Positions 7,858 through 18,600 of a DNA stretch of 30,175 bases are shown in pieces. This stretch comes from a virus. Taxonomy: Duplodnaviria; Caudoviricetes. The stretch spans positions 1 to 30,175 of IMG/VR virus record IMGVR_UViG_3300032294_003431; one strand, written 5' to 3'. The position numbers were made by a program, and so were the translations under genes. Within the stretch, counting starts at the first letter, position 1. Each line of letters begins with the position of its first letter. The notes under the pieces were generated by a model. It was not told the DNA's origin, searched no databases, and worked only from the letters and a program-made list of their open reading frames with translations.

Positions 7858-8674
7858 ATCTCACTTGCGAAAAACTAATTTTATCTATAAATATTCCACT
7901 TAGTTTTTTGTATGCTTGTTCTGAATCCATAAATTTGCTTGAGAATTCTTTTATAGCATTCATGATATTGCTTCTAAGTTTTGGATTATTAGTGATATCT
8001 TTGTATCCTTGAAGATTGGATTTATTTGATAATGACAATCCTATTTCGGTGTCTGATTTATCTGGGAATGCTTTCTTCATTTCTTTGAATACAATTTCAT
8101 ATACTTTTTGGTTATAATCAATTGGTTTTGGATTTAATTTATCTTGTTCTTCAGATTGAATTTGTTGCATTCTATCATAAGCTGTTTGTGGTGTAGGTTT
8201 TTTTGGATATAATTCTGGATTATCTGAAAGACTTTGTGTTGAAACAAATTGTTTAAGGTAATTGACATCATTTAATAGTGCTTGTCTATCAGTTTCAGGC
8301 AATCTTTCTGTTTCTAATTTATTAGAAATAAATTTAAGTCTTTTTTCTGCAAGTGCTTTTTGATAATCCGGACTTTGTAATTGTTTAATTCTTGCTGTGA
8401 TATCTTTTTCTTCAATAAACGATGGCATATTCCAATATCTATTACTAGTGTAAAGATCTGAGATATCAATTGGACCTACACCTGGTTTTGCTGATTTTAG
8501 CCTATTGATTTCTTGAACCAATTGAGGGTGGAGATCTAGAAACCTATTTTTTACAAAACTAGTTTGTGCTAATTTTTGCATTACATTTGTAATGATATTT
8601 GATTCTTTGTAAAGTCCTGAGTTGTCTAATTCGTTTGCAATTTCATTCAAAGATGCAATAATTTTTTTGTTCAT
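7856..8674 (-). CDS. Tagged hypothetical protein
   Basis: Starts MNKKIIASLNEIANELDNSGLYKESNIITNVMQKLAQ; abuts upstream gene (TAA-ATG). Confidence 0.85.
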   Translation of the reverse strand: MNKKIIASLNEIANELDNSGLYKESNIITNVMQKLAQTSFVKNRFLDLHPQLVQEINRLKSAKPGVGPIDISDLYTSNRYWNMPSFIEEKDITARIKQLQSPDYQKALAEKRLKFISNKLETERLPETDRQALLNDVNYLKQFVSTQSLSDNPELYPKKPTPQTAYDRMQQIQSEEQDKLNPKPIDYNQKVYEIVFKEMKKAFPDKSDTEIGLSLSNKSNLQGYKDITNNPKLRSNIMNAIKEFSSKFMDSEQAYKKLSGIFIDKISFSQVR

Positions 8675-9007
8675 TTATGCAATACCTTGTTTCATTTGTC
8701 CAATTTTTACACGAATTGCGTTAGCTAATTCAACAGGTTGAACATTCATAAGCAGTGGTGCTAAAACTTGCATTGGTTTATCAGATTTAAGAGCATTGTC
8801 CACAGCTTGTTTATTTGTAGCGACCCATTTATCTACTGCAGCTTGATATCCAAAAGAGTCTTGATCTGGTCTAGAAATTGGGGCTACAGGCATTTGTGCT
8901 AACTTTTTCATTACACTAGCAACAGTATTTGATTCTGCATATAATCCAGAGTTATCGAGTTCATTTGCAATTTCATTTAAAGATGCAATAATAGTTTTTT
9001 TGTTCAT
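8675..9007 (-). CDS. Tagged hypothetical protein
   Basis: Starts MNKKTIIASLNEIANELDNSGLYAESNTVASVMKKLAQ; TAAGGT RBS. Confidence 0.85.
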   Translation of the reverse strand: MNKKTIIASLNEIANELDNSGLYAESNTVASVMKKLAQMPVAPISRPDQDSFGYQAAVDKWVATNKQAVDNALKSDKPMQVLAPLLMNVQPVELANAIRVKIGQMKQGIA

Positions 9008-9078
9008 ATTCTTACCTTAATTAGGGATGATATTTTATTTTTACAACTACTTTTATTTATCACCTTTATAAAGCAATC

Positions 9079-9312
9079 ATGTATTATTTCAAAGCGATGA
9101 AAACTTTGGCAGATTTTAAGGATTATATTTTAGATAATTTGGGTAAAGAAATATTTTTCGGAGATATGGAATTTTATTATATTTTATGTCCAGATAATTA
9201 TTTAAGGATATATGAAGTTGATTTAGATGAGTTTGATATTCCAGCACCAAAATGGAAAGGATGTTTCGGTACAAATATAAGTGTGTTGATTAAAGAATGG
9301 AAGGGAGAATAA
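9079..9312 (+). CDS. Hypothetical protein (start may be ATG 9097)
   Basis: First of three coupled + strand ORFs. Confidence 0.65.
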   Translation: MYYFKAMKTLADFKDYILDNLGKEIFFGDMEFYYILCPDNYLRIYEVDLDEFDIPAPKWKGCFGTNISVLIKEWKGE

Positions 9313-9313
9313 T

Positions 9314-9727
9314 ATGTTTTATGCATTATTTGCTGCAGTAGTGGTTGCAATGGTATTTGTTTGGCTTTATATGTCAGCAATGGACAATAACAAATCTTTG
9401 ATGCGATTAAATAATAGTCTTGATGATGAAATTACTGGTTATAAGAGTGCTCAAAGTAATATGTTGGCTAAGATCAGTGAGTTGACCAGTTTATCAGAAG
9501 AAAATAAAGAAGAAATCTTAAGATTGCTGTCAGAGGTAGAAGTTCACAAGTTTGAGGTTGATAGTAAGGTAAAGTGGTTGGATAGAAGTGGAGAAGAAGA
9601 ATTTGGTATCGTTTGTGATGATTTCTTCTCAGATAATAAGCATTTTGTAGTTGTTCGTGGTGTAAAGAATGGCAAGGTTTCTGGTCGTTATTTTACAATT
9701 AGTGCGGAGAAAATAGTTTCCGAATGA
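9314..9727 (+). CDS. Membrane-anchored coiled-coil protein with small beta-rich C-terminal domain
   Basis: N-terminal hydrophobic helix, heptad-like middle; AAGGGAG RBS. Confidence 0.8.
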   Translation: MFYALFAAVVVAMVFVWLYMSAMDNNKSLMRLNNSLDDEITGYKSAQSNMLAKISELTSLSEENKEEILRLLSEVEVHKFEVDSKVKWLDRSGEEEFGIVCDDFFSDNKHFVVVRGVKNGKVSGRYFTISAEKIVSE

Positions 9728-9966
9728 GATTACTTTTTGCTATTCAATTATATTTTTACTTTGTTTGGGCATTAGGTAGTGAAAATGTAGTTGAATGGTT
9801 TCTTTATGCATTATTGATGTGGATTTCAACTTATTATTTACATCAATATAATTGGGAAAATAGAAAGAGCTATAGAATTTCTATAGCTCTTTACAGTACT
9901 TTAATTTATTGCTTTATATTTTGTTGTAGATTATTTTCACTCGTCGGGAATAATATCACCCTGTAA
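9724..9966 (+). CDS. Small hypothetical membrane protein
   Basis: ATGA overlap with previous gene; three hydrophobic segments. Confidence 0.6.
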   Translation: MRLLFAIQLYFYFVWALGSENVVEWFLYALLMWISTYYLHQYNWENRKSYRISIALYSTLIYCFIFCCRLFSLVGNNITL

Positions 9967-10395
9967 ATTTTGTATTTTCTTTTGTTGTTCTCTTTGAACA
10001 TCGTGTGCATTTGCAATTGATATTTGAAATTTATCTATTATTTCTATTGTTTTCATAATAGAAGATTTGACATCTTCTAAATTTTGATAATTATTATTTC
10101 CAGATCTTGTTGGTAAGTCTATTGGTGATGTTGACTCAATGGTGTTAAGTTCTTGCATCAATTGGTTGTAATCAAAAGGGCGAGAAGATACATCACCATC
10201 ATTTTCAAGAATATTTGATTGTTTAAGTAATCTTGTTAAGGTTCTATCGTCAAAGTAATTGAATAAAGCCCTAATTCCATCTTCCAAATCTTGTTTATAT
10301 TGTATGGCCATAAGTAAAATGGAAGCTATCTTATCAGCAGCTTTATATTGGCCATTTCGATCTAATTGTTGGGCTATTTTTACTAATTTATTCAT
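9937..10395 (-). CDS. Tagged hypothetical protein (short tag variant)
   Basis: Starts MNKLVKIAQQLDRNGQYKAADKIASIL. Confidence 0.8.
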   Translation of the reverse strand: MNKLVKIAQQLDRNGQYKAADKIASILLMAIQYKQDLEDGIRALFNYFDDRTLTRLLKQSNILENDGDVSSRPFDYNQLMQELNTIESTSPIDLPTRSGNNNYQNLEDVKSSIMKTIEIIDKFQISIANAHDVQREQQKKIQNLQGDIIPDE

Positions 10396-10732
10396 ATCTT
10401 CTTGGTTCTAATTGAATCTCTAATATTTCTTCAGGAAAACCTTTTTCAATTTCTTCTAATATTTCTGTAAATGTTTTATCTTGTTCAATATTTTTATGTG
10501 AATATAAGCCTTTTTTAGATAATTGGACCTCTATTGGATCACTTGGGTTGCCTTTTCTCACTGATGAAAAAAGGTCTTCAAAATTCTTAGGATTAATTTC
10601 TTTATGATCTTTTCTCAAACCATCGTGAAGTGATTTGTAAAGTTCGCCTTTTCTTACTTCTTCTAATTGTACTTCTTGTTGTTCCAATCTTTCTTTTTGT
10701 TGAAGAAGCGCTGTTTTTATAAATTTTCCCAT
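10388..10732 (-). CDS. Hypothetical charged protein
   Basis: 114 aa in minus-strand operon; starts MGKFIKTA (possible micro-tag variant). Confidence 0.75.
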   Translation of the reverse strand: MGKFIKTALLQQKERLEQQEVQLEEVRKGELYKSLHDGLRKDHKEINPKNFEDLFSSVRKGNPSDPIEVQLSKKGLYSHKNIEQDKTFTEILEEIEKGFPEEILEIQLEPRRYE

Positions 10733-10741
10733 TTTAATTTC

Positions 10742-11836
10742 CTAATATGATTTAGATTCTTGTTTTGCTAAGTAGTCTAGGTTCTTTTGATCTAGTCTCT
10801 TTTCTTTTCCGAACGGATCAGCTTCTTTGCGCCCAAATCCTGTCATTTCGCTATACGATTTAACATTTCCGGTGTGTGGTTTTTTATCTCTAATATTGTT
10901 GATAAATGATTGTACTTTATCAATTTTAGATTGAGCATCAGCGGCTTTATCACTTGGAAGATTATTCTTTAATTTAACCATATACTCTAACACATCATAA
11001 ATCAATAAAGGTGCTGTACTATTTATTGGCATATTTTTGTCAGACCAACTCTTGTAAATATTTTCAGCCTTATTTACCCATCTATCAAGACCAGTTGAAT
11101 CGGTTGTAGAAGTTTGTCCACTGCCTTCTGATTGTGGTGGTTTAAGGGCATTTATTCTCTGAGCAGCTTCTGGATTTTCTTGCATCCAAGTTATATATTG
11201 ATCATGCATTTGTTCATCTTTTTTTAAGAATTTTGCATATGCTTCAGGAGATAATTTTTCTTTAGCATGATCTTCCCAATATCCAACTTTATCCATATTA
11301 TGTATTTCGAAATTTCTTTTAACTAATTCAACATAATCATTGACTAATTCATCATCAGTCATGTTTTGAGTTCTTCCTGATTCAACTCTACTTCCTGGAG
11401 GTGGAAATCTATCAAAAATTGATTGTCCAGTTGAACCTGATGTACTTGATGGAGCGCTTTTTTGGGAAATATTGCTTGTACCGCTTAATAAATTTCTTAA
11501 TTCATTTTTGTCAACAGGAGTTTTCGCCATCATTCTACCTATTTCTGCGGGATTAAGTGGTCTTTTTATAAGGCCTTTGTCATATTGATCTTGATTAAAT
11601 TTTTGAACCAACATAAATGCCTCTGGATCTATAGCTTCTTTCATACCGGCTGCGTATGCTGCATTTTTAGCCATATCGTATTCTCCACCAAATTTAAGTT
11701 GTTCAAAAGAAATACCTTTTCTCTGACTAATTTTAACCATAACATTTGTCAATTTATCAGATATGTAATACAAACCATGATTGTCTAACTCAATGGCAAT
11801 TTGATTTAATGAAGCTATGATTTTTCTTGTATTCAT
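10742..11836 (-). CDS. Tagged hypothetical multi-segment protein
   Basis: Starts MNTRKIIASLNQIAIELDNHGLYYISDKLTNVMVKISQ; helical blocks separated by S/T/G-rich linkers. Confidence 0.85.
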   Translation of the reverse strand: MNTRKIIASLNQIAIELDNHGLYYISDKLTNVMVKISQRKGISFEQLKFGGEYDMAKNAAYAAGMKEAIDPEAFMLVQKFNQDQYDKGLIKRPLNPAEIGRMMAKTPVDKNELRNLLSGTSNISQKSAPSSTSGSTGQSIFDRFPPPGSRVESGRTQNMTDDELVNDYVELVKRNFEIHNMDKVGYWEDHAKEKLSPEAYAKFLKKDEQMHDQYITWMQENPEAAQRINALKPPQSEGSGQTSTTDSTGLDRWVNKAENIYKSWSDKNMPINSTAPLLIYDVLEYMVKLKNNLPSDKAADAQSKIDKVQSFINNIRDKKPHTGNVKSYSEMTGFGRKEADPFGKEKRLDQKNLDYLAKQESKSY

Positions 11837-11838
11837 AA

Positions 11839-12231
11839 TTAAAATTTGTCCTCTCTAGATGCTTCAAAATCAAACATCTCTTGGTCATCTTTTGTCCAAG
11901 GTTTATTTGTTGGGCCCATTCTTCTTGGTTTAGTTTCTGGAACTTGTGCACTTGGATCTATTTTTCTTGCATAGTTTATGGCATGTTGTAAATTGTTGAA
12001 ATATTGGAAATCACCATTTATTTTATAGCCAAGTCTTCTTTCAAAATTACCATTTGCTCTAGTGATAATTACCACTGGTTTGCCATCAGCTTGAATCTGT
12101 ACTGCAGCTCTATCGCCTTTATAAGCAATTTTTGTCATAACGTAAGTGAGATAATTGGCTTCTTTGTGCATACCCAAAGATTCTAATTCTTCACATATTT
12201 CATTTATTGATGCTAAAACTTGTCTATTCAT
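11839..12231 (-). CDS. Tagged hypothetical protein
   Basis: Starts MNRQVLASINEICEELESLGMHKEANYLTYVMTKIAY. Confidence 0.85.
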   Translation of the reverse strand: MNRQVLASINEICEELESLGMHKEANYLTYVMTKIAYKGDRAAVQIQADGKPVVIITRANGNFERRLGYKINGDFQYFNNLQHAINYARKIDPSAQVPETKPRRMGPTNKPWTKDDQEMFDFEASREDKF

Positions 12232-12309
12232 TATAATTCCTGAAAGAAAGGTGATTATGTATTAATGTACAGTAATAAGATTTATCTCACCTTCTTTTAT
12301 AAGAGTAAT

Positions 12310-12549
12310 ATGAACAGAACATTTGTTATTTTTAGTGTGGATGAAATCGCACTTATTGATTTTTCGCAGGTTTTAGAGACTAGTGCTGATACATTGCGCA
12401 GAAGTGTTGATGGCACTATGACTTTTGTGAAGTGGGATGGTGCAGTAGTTCCAACATGTGTTGAATCTCTTACTACTAAGTCTCAATATTACACATATGA
12501 GGAAATGTTAGACATTCTTGCTGGTCCAGATTGGACACAACCTATGTAA
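12310..12549 (+). CDS. Small conserved-looking phage protein
   Basis: ATG 12310 preferred (AAGAG upstream); IDFSQVLETSADTLRRSVDGT..FVKW motif recalls a common aquatic-phage small protein (from memory). Confidence 0.75.
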   Translation: MNRTFVIFSVDEIALIDFSQVLETSADTLRRSVDGTMTFVKWDGAVVPTCVESLTTKSQYYTYEEMLDILAGPDWTQPM

Positions 12550-12708
12550 TTATTTTCCTCTGCTACCACTTCTTCTTATTTGAGGCTTCGGCGCATTTGT
12601 CGAAGCTTTTTCATTTTTATTATCTATAGATGATTTTGCACTATTGTTATTTGTATTTTGAAATTTATTCAATAACGCTTCTTGTTCTGGAGATAATTTC
12701 TTTTTCAT
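12550..12708 (-). CDS. Unlisted 52-aa basic, likely disordered peptide
   Basis: Manual translation MKKKLSPEQEALLNKFQNTNNNSAKSSIDNKNEKASTNAPKPQIRRSGSRGK; ATGA coupling to the HAD gene; fills the gap exactly. Confidence 0.65.
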   Translation of the reverse strand: MKKKLSPEQEALLNKFQNTNNNSAKSSIDNKNEKASTNAPKPQIRRSGSRGK

Positions 12709-13202
12709 TTCCATATCCTTTCAATACTATATAAATGTTTTTTTTCGATGCCTACATAAGGATCTGTTCTTATATGATTTATGGCTTCATTGCCTAAACT
12801 ATCATCATCTAATATTATATAGCTTTTCACGTTATTTTTATCGACAAATCTTTTTATCTGCGCCCATCTGTCTTCGTGTTCTTCACCTGTTTGATCTGTC
12901 TTGGCAATTATTGTTCCTTTAAATCCATTCTTTTGAAATATTTCATTTATTTCACTTAATGGATATCTTTTGCGCCAATAAGATGACAGCACGATTTCTG
13001 GGTTATATTTTTCTACTATTTGATTTAATAGATTTATTTGTTTTCCACTGACTATGAAACATAAATCATTTATATTTTCAAGAAATTTCTCACCTGTCAT
13101 ATTATAATCAGAGAAAGAATTTAAAACTCCATCTATATCAAGAAATAAATATTTTTTGCCCGGTCTTTTTATTCTGATTTGGAATCTACTAATTTTAGCC
13201 AT
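12705..13202 (-). CDS. HAD-superfamily phosphatase (HAD_SAK_2-like)
   Basis: LFLDIDGVLN (motif I), IVLSSYWR (motif II), YIILDDD (motif IV). Confidence 0.85.
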   Translation of the reverse strand: MAKISRFQIRIKRPGKKYLFLDIDGVLNSFSDYNMTGEKFLENINDLCFIVSGKQINLLNQIVEKYNPEIVLSSYWRKRYPLSEINEIFQKNGFKGTIIAKTDQTGEEHEDRWAQIKRFVDKNNVKSYIILDDDSLGNEAINHIRTDPYVGIEKKHLYSIERIWK

Positions 13203-14341
13203 TCGTTATAGATCTTCTTGCCTTTGGTTTTGTCAGCGTTATATACTTTAGCTTGCATATCATTATAAGCTTTTTGTTTACTACCAAAAGCATCAATTTT
13301 AGATTTATATTCTTCAAAATAATTAGATGCTTCAAATGCTTCAAATTCTGGGCCAGCTGGAGAATACTTAGAATCAATAATAGGATCGTAAGTGAATTCA
13401 GGTGTTTTTTCTGGATATATTTCTGTATCAACGCCTATCAATTTTTGCCATTCTTTATAGATTGATTTACCCTTGGTTTTATCAGAATTGAATACCTCAG
13501 CTTGCATAACATTATATGCCTTAGATTTACTTCCAAGTTCTTTTACTTTAGCTTCATAGTCAACAGCATGCATTTGAGCTTTGAAATATATTTGATCTTT
13601 TGTCAAATTATTTTGTGTTGGCTTCACTTGTTCTTGAAGTTCTTGTTTCTTTACTGACTGAGGTTTTGGTGCGCTTGGTTTTGCCACTGGTTTTGCTTCT
13701 GGTTTAGACGGCGCATTTTGTTGTACTGGTTTAGAAGAATCAGGTTTTAATTGCGGTTTAGAAACAGTTCTGGTTTCTAGGCTTGTTTCTCTAATTGGAT
13801 TTACTACTGGTTTTTTTCGATTTCTCTTTTGATCAGTTATATCTTCTAATTCTAAATTCATTATTTGAGGCACAGGTTTATTATCTTTCACTTGAATAAA
13901 CGCACCAATATACCAAATTTCTAAATCTTCTTGGGCAGCCAACCATTTTGCACGTAATCTATCTTGTCTAAGTTTATTTGGATATGTGCTGAATAATTTA
14001 TTTTGATTTACATAATTACCCATTGAAGATAATTTTTTACTAGCTTCATATGCATCTCTTGCACGAAGCCATTTATCCCTCAATTTTTGATAAGCTGTAG
14101 AATGCTGAATTATTGCATCTTCACGTCTTCCTAAAGAAAAATCATTAATACTTAAATCGGGTTCACCATTTTCATCTGTTAATTCAGGCCTATCGGTATT
14201 TTGAAGAACCTCAACCCATCGTTCCCCTCTATCAGCTAGTTTAGTGAAAACTTGATCTAATACTTTAGCTTCTTTTACTAAATTATTATCTTGCAACTCA
14301 TTGATTATATTGTGTAGCTGTGAAAGAACTTGTTTCATCAT
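13169..14341 (-). CDS. Tagged protein with P/K/Q-rich linker and duplicated C-terminal module
   Basis: Starts MMKQVLSQLHNIINELQDNNLVKEAKVLDQVFTKLAD; two copies of GSK.KAYN.MQA.V.N.DKTKGK.IY.EW.KL. Confidence 0.85.
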   Translation of the reverse strand: MMKQVLSQLHNIINELQDNNLVKEAKVLDQVFTKLADRGERWVEVLQNTDRPELTDENGEPDLSINDFSLGRREDAIIQHSTAYQKLRDKWLRARDAYEASKKLSSMGNYVNQNKLFSTYPNKLRQDRLRAKWLAAQEDLEIWYIGAFIQVKDNKPVPQIMNLELEDITDQKRNRKKPVVNPIRETSLETRTVSKPQLKPDSSKPVQQNAPSKPEAKPVAKPSAPKPQSVKKQELQEQVKPTQNNLTKDQIYFKAQMHAVDYEAKVKELGSKSKAYNVMQAEVFNSDKTKGKSIYKEWQKLIGVDTEIYPEKTPEFTYDPIIDSKYSPAGPEFEAFEASNYFEEYKSKIDAFGSKQKAYNDMQAKVYNADKTKGKKIYNEWLKLVDSKSE

Positions 14342-14521
14342 TTTACCTTAAAGACATTTATATGTATTTTTTCTACATATTTCATATAAAAACTTTTTTA
14401 TCCTATAAAAATGAAGATTTAGGATATACGCTTTCTTTTATTAAGAATCTATCTTTATTTCTTAATATTTATATTATCATTACGGGGAATAATATTAACA
14501 AGACTCTAAAAGGAAACTAAA

Positions 14522-15490
14522 ATGAAAAAAGCATTTACCTTAATTGAATTACTCGTTGTCATTGCCATCATCGCTATTTTGGCTGCAATTCTCTTCCCTG
14601 TGTTTGCCCAAGCTCGTGAGAAGGCTCGTTCTGCTTCTTGCTTATCTAATGAGAAGCAAATTGGTCTTGGTCTTATGATGTATACCCAAGACTATGATGA
14701 AACTTATCCTAGTGCATATTTCTATAAGAATAATACTGCTACTACTAATGGTGGAAGTGCTGGTGGATATATTCATTATTCAGCAATGATACAACCTTAC
14801 TTGAAGAACGATAAGGTTTGGGTATGTCCATCTGATAGAAATGGTGGTGTAGGACCGGACAATCCTCCTTGTTTACCTTGGACAGACGTAAATACTCTTG
14901 GTTGTGAAGCTCAAGTACCACGCTTGTCTTACATTCCTAATTCAGCTGTTCTGCCACGGAAAAGAGGCCCACAAGATGCGCCAAATGTTGTCTCAATTGC
15001 TGCTGTTGACTTTCCAGCTGACGTTATTGCTATCACAGAAGCAACTAATCATTTGAATTGTATTTTCTTAGCTAGTTCTGGACAGCTTAACACTGAAAGA
15101 AGAAATAAATCACATAGACCTACTAACGCTATGATGAGAACAATTAGTGGCGGACAGTGGGCAGGGCAAAACGTGGCAGACGCTACTGGTCCAATCTATG
15201 CAATTACTAAGGCTGCTGCTGAAGGTGCTGAAGGTTGGGGTGGTCCATCTGATTCTGGACTACGAAATGGTACTGCTGGTTGTAGATCAGTTGCTGCAGA
15301 CGGTGGATTGCATATTAGATTTATGGAACCAGGTCGTCATACAGGTGGAAGCAATTATGTCTTCGCTGATGGCCACGCAAAATTCTTTAGATTTGAAACC
15401 ACAATCAATCCAAACAATTTCCTCTGGGGAAAATCTTATTATCCGACAGGTCAGGCAATTCTTGATCAAGCTGGATTCCCAGTAAGATAA
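14522..15490 (+). CDS. DUF1559-family prepilin-type N-terminal cleavage/methylation protein with H-X9-DG C-terminal motif
   Basis: [58 protein letters not shown] and [16 protein letters not shown]; AAGGA RBS. Confidence 0.95.
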   Translation: MKKAFTLIELLVVIAIIAILAAILFPVFAQAREKARSASCLSNEKQIGLGLMMYTQDYDETYPSAYFYKNNTATTNGGSAGGYIHYSAMIQPYLKNDKVWVCPSDRNGGVGPDNPPCLPWTDVNTLGCEAQVPRLSYIPNSAVLPRKRGPQDAPNVVSIAAVDFPADVIAITEATNHLNCIFLASSGQLNTERRNKSHRPTNAMMRTISGGQWAGQNVADATGPIYAITKAAAEGAEGWGGPSDSGLRNGTAGCRSVAADGGLHIRFMEPGRHTGGSNYVFADGHAKFFRFETTINPNNFLWGKSYYPTGQAILDQAGFPVR

Positions 15491-15554
15491 TTCTAAAATA
15501 TATCTGCTTTATGATTTAAGAAAAGATTTATCTAACGGTTAGGAGCAGACCAAC

Positions 15555-15603
15555 AAACACAAAAACAGGGGCTTTGAAAAAGCAGCCCCTGTTTTTGTGT
15601 TTT
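15555..15603 (+). terminator. Long hairpin terminator after the prepilin-like gene
   Basis: AAACACAAAAACAGGGGCT...AGCCCCTGTTTTTGTGTTTT. Confidence 0.85.
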
Positions 15604-15651
15604 GGGATGCGAAATAGGAAACTGTATACTAAATAATGGAATAAAAATGTT

Positions 15652-18600
15652 ATGAAAAGGTATAGCTTTAGGATAATCACTGCTGGAATAAAAGAAGATA
15701 TTTTGGGAATTTGTAATTTCCTGAATAAAGATGCAGAATATTATCAAGACTTAAGAGAAACAGTAAAGCAATATGATCAAAAGTATCAAGTATTTGCTGC
15801 TTGGTTATTGGCCCGTAATATTGAACCAAATGAATATATTGAAGCTATACAAAAATATATTGACTCAAGAAGAATTACTAAATTTTCAGTAAGTGCTAAA
15901 GCTGTCAAAATAAACGATGAAGTTTTTGATGATGCGATTAAACTAACAGAATATATCCACGCTAATTTTCCTATTTTAGAAGTTGAAGAACGTGTTGAAA
16001 ATACTGAAATTGAAGATGTTCCTGTTGTAGCAAATAAAGATAATTCTATAAGGATATTTGAAATAAATAATGCCAACGATGGTAGAAGATTAGTTGGTGA
16101 TGATACAAGTTGGTGTATTGGCTATAAAGGCCCAAATAATATGTGGCAATCTTACAGAGATAGTCACGATGCTTCTTTCTTTGTAGTTTTTGATAACAAT
16201 CCTCCTACAGAAAATCAAAGAAAAGTTGCAATTGATTTTGCTTCAGAAAATGTTTTATTAACAGACATTCCAAATATTACAGGACATCAACTTACAAATG
16301 GATGGGATTGGGATCGGTATTCTGAATATTTATCTAGCAAGGGAATTAATTTACAAGCAACAAGACAAAATCCCGAAACTGGTCAAGAAGAATTGATTCT
16401 TAAGAACAAACCCAAGACTACAGAAGAAAGATTGCAAGATGCCACTTTTAATTACATTGCTGCTTTAGGTGTAGAAGATATTCTTTTATGGCAGTCTGGA
16501 AAATCTAAAGTCAATGGTGAAGATAGAAACATAGAAAAAATAGATAAAGATAGCTTAGATATTATAGAAGAGATTTCAAGTAGATCTGGTATTGCTTACA
16601 TAGTTAATAACCGTGATGCTAAATTCTATACTTCAAGATGGATGGGTTTAGGCAAACGTGTAAAAGATGAAGTTTTAGAATATTTATCTCAAAGTGTTGG
16701 TGGTGAAGATTTGTTGATGAAATATGTCAACACTGGTTTGCAACTTTCTGAAACGCAATATCAATTTTTTAGAAAAAACAAAAGTTTACTTACGTCATAC
16801 TTAAGAAGTCAAATTATAGCTGGTAGAAGATTTAGCCCTCTTATGCAAATTGATTTGATAAACTCAAATAGAAAAGATTTATTTCAACAATTAATTGAAA
16901 AACAGGGCGGTATAAATGAAGTTGCTAAACCAACCTTAGAAGAAAAACCAGATTTTTTGAGAATTTATCTTGAAACTTTGATTGAAAATAACAATTTACA
17001 AACTGGTGCACGATCTGACCTTTCTGATGCCGAGTTATTATTAAAATTAAACGACAGAGATTTATTGATAAAATATATTAGCACTGTAAAAACTTTTGTT
17101 CCAAATGGTATACGAAATTTTATTTTCGAAGATCCTAAATTTCCTGAATTATATTTATTATATGCAAAAAATAGATTGACAGATAAAGATTTAGTAGATT
17201 TTACTTCGGCTTTTCCAAAACAAGATTTGAAAAATGTCGTATTGCAATCAGGGGATAAATCACTTATCAAAGAAGTGGCAATGGCAACTGGTTTTAATGA
17301 AGAAGATTTTGAAAAAGCAAAAGAACTTGGGGTGTTGGAAGAAGTAAAGTATTCAATATTATGCCCAAAACCATCCGAAAAAATTGCTAAATATTACAAT
17401 CCTAACGATCCATTTGATCTTTCGTTAATTACTCAAATTAAAGATGTAGATGTTTTACGTGAATTTTCTTTTAATAACTTTGATGAATATAGTGAAACTT
17501 ATCATAATGATTGGAGTGATAATCCAACAGTAAATTTTGCATTTGATCTAAAGGAACATAAACAAACAATCTTAAAAGACGCTCATTACGCATATAAAAA
17601 TAATCCAGAAGAAATTGTTCCTAATAATGCAAATCAAACTTTATTATGGGCCATTTATAATGATGGCAAATTATTTAAGAAGTTTGAAGAATTGGAGATG
17701 AGTGATGAGGCAAAAGAAAATTTCAGAGATGCTATTCAAGAATTTCAAAATGCAATACAAGATATAAATTTCTGGAAAAATTTCTTTAAGAATATTGATC
17801 ATTTTGCTGATTGGATAGGGAGCAATCTAAATTTTAATCAAAATGATTTTGCAAACATTCTAAAGTTTATTCCACAAGAATTTTTAGAAGATCCAGAAAT
17901 TAAAGAATTTTTGCAGAGAAATATGAACAGCATTTCTGCTAAGAATTTTATGCATAATATAGATATTGAAAAAACACCTTGGTTATATGAAGACTATATA
18001 AATCAATTTCTAGATGGTGAAAGAAATGTAAGATCTGAATTTTACAGAGTATTATATCGTGGTAGAAGTTATGCATTTGAATTCCTCTCAAAAATACTTG
18101 AAAAAAGAAAATTTAGTGATGAAGAAATTGATTCATTTAACAACTTTACACCAGATATTATGTTAGAATTTTTGGATATATATACACATCATTATCCAGA
18201 AGTAAAAGAAGATCCAAATTTTTATAATTTAGGAATATTTAGTTATTTTAGAAATCGTCCAAATTTAAATCATCAACTACATTTATTAAGAAATTATCCT
18301 AAATACTTTGAAACGAGAATTTTAGAGGGAGATGTTTATAGAAATATATTGCCAGAAATAAGGGCAGCATTAGTTCATATGTATCCTAACCTTGCTCCGA
18401 TAATTCTCGAATATGAAAGAAAATCAAAATATGGCCTTGGATATTTTGATGAAGAAACTGGTCAAGTGTTGAAAGGACAAAGACCAACACCGCCTGGGAC
18501 ACAAAAAGAATTGCCTGATCCATTTGCGTCAGAAGAACCTGAAGAAGAAGAAACTACCACTGCCTTTGTAAAATCTATGGTGAAAATAGCGCAGAAATTA

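Noticed and set aside
3996-14341. N-terminal tag as Sec/Tat/lipoprotein signal peptide
   Set aside because: It has no hydrophobic core, twin-arginine or lipobox; it is charged and amphipathic, and also occurs at C-termini.
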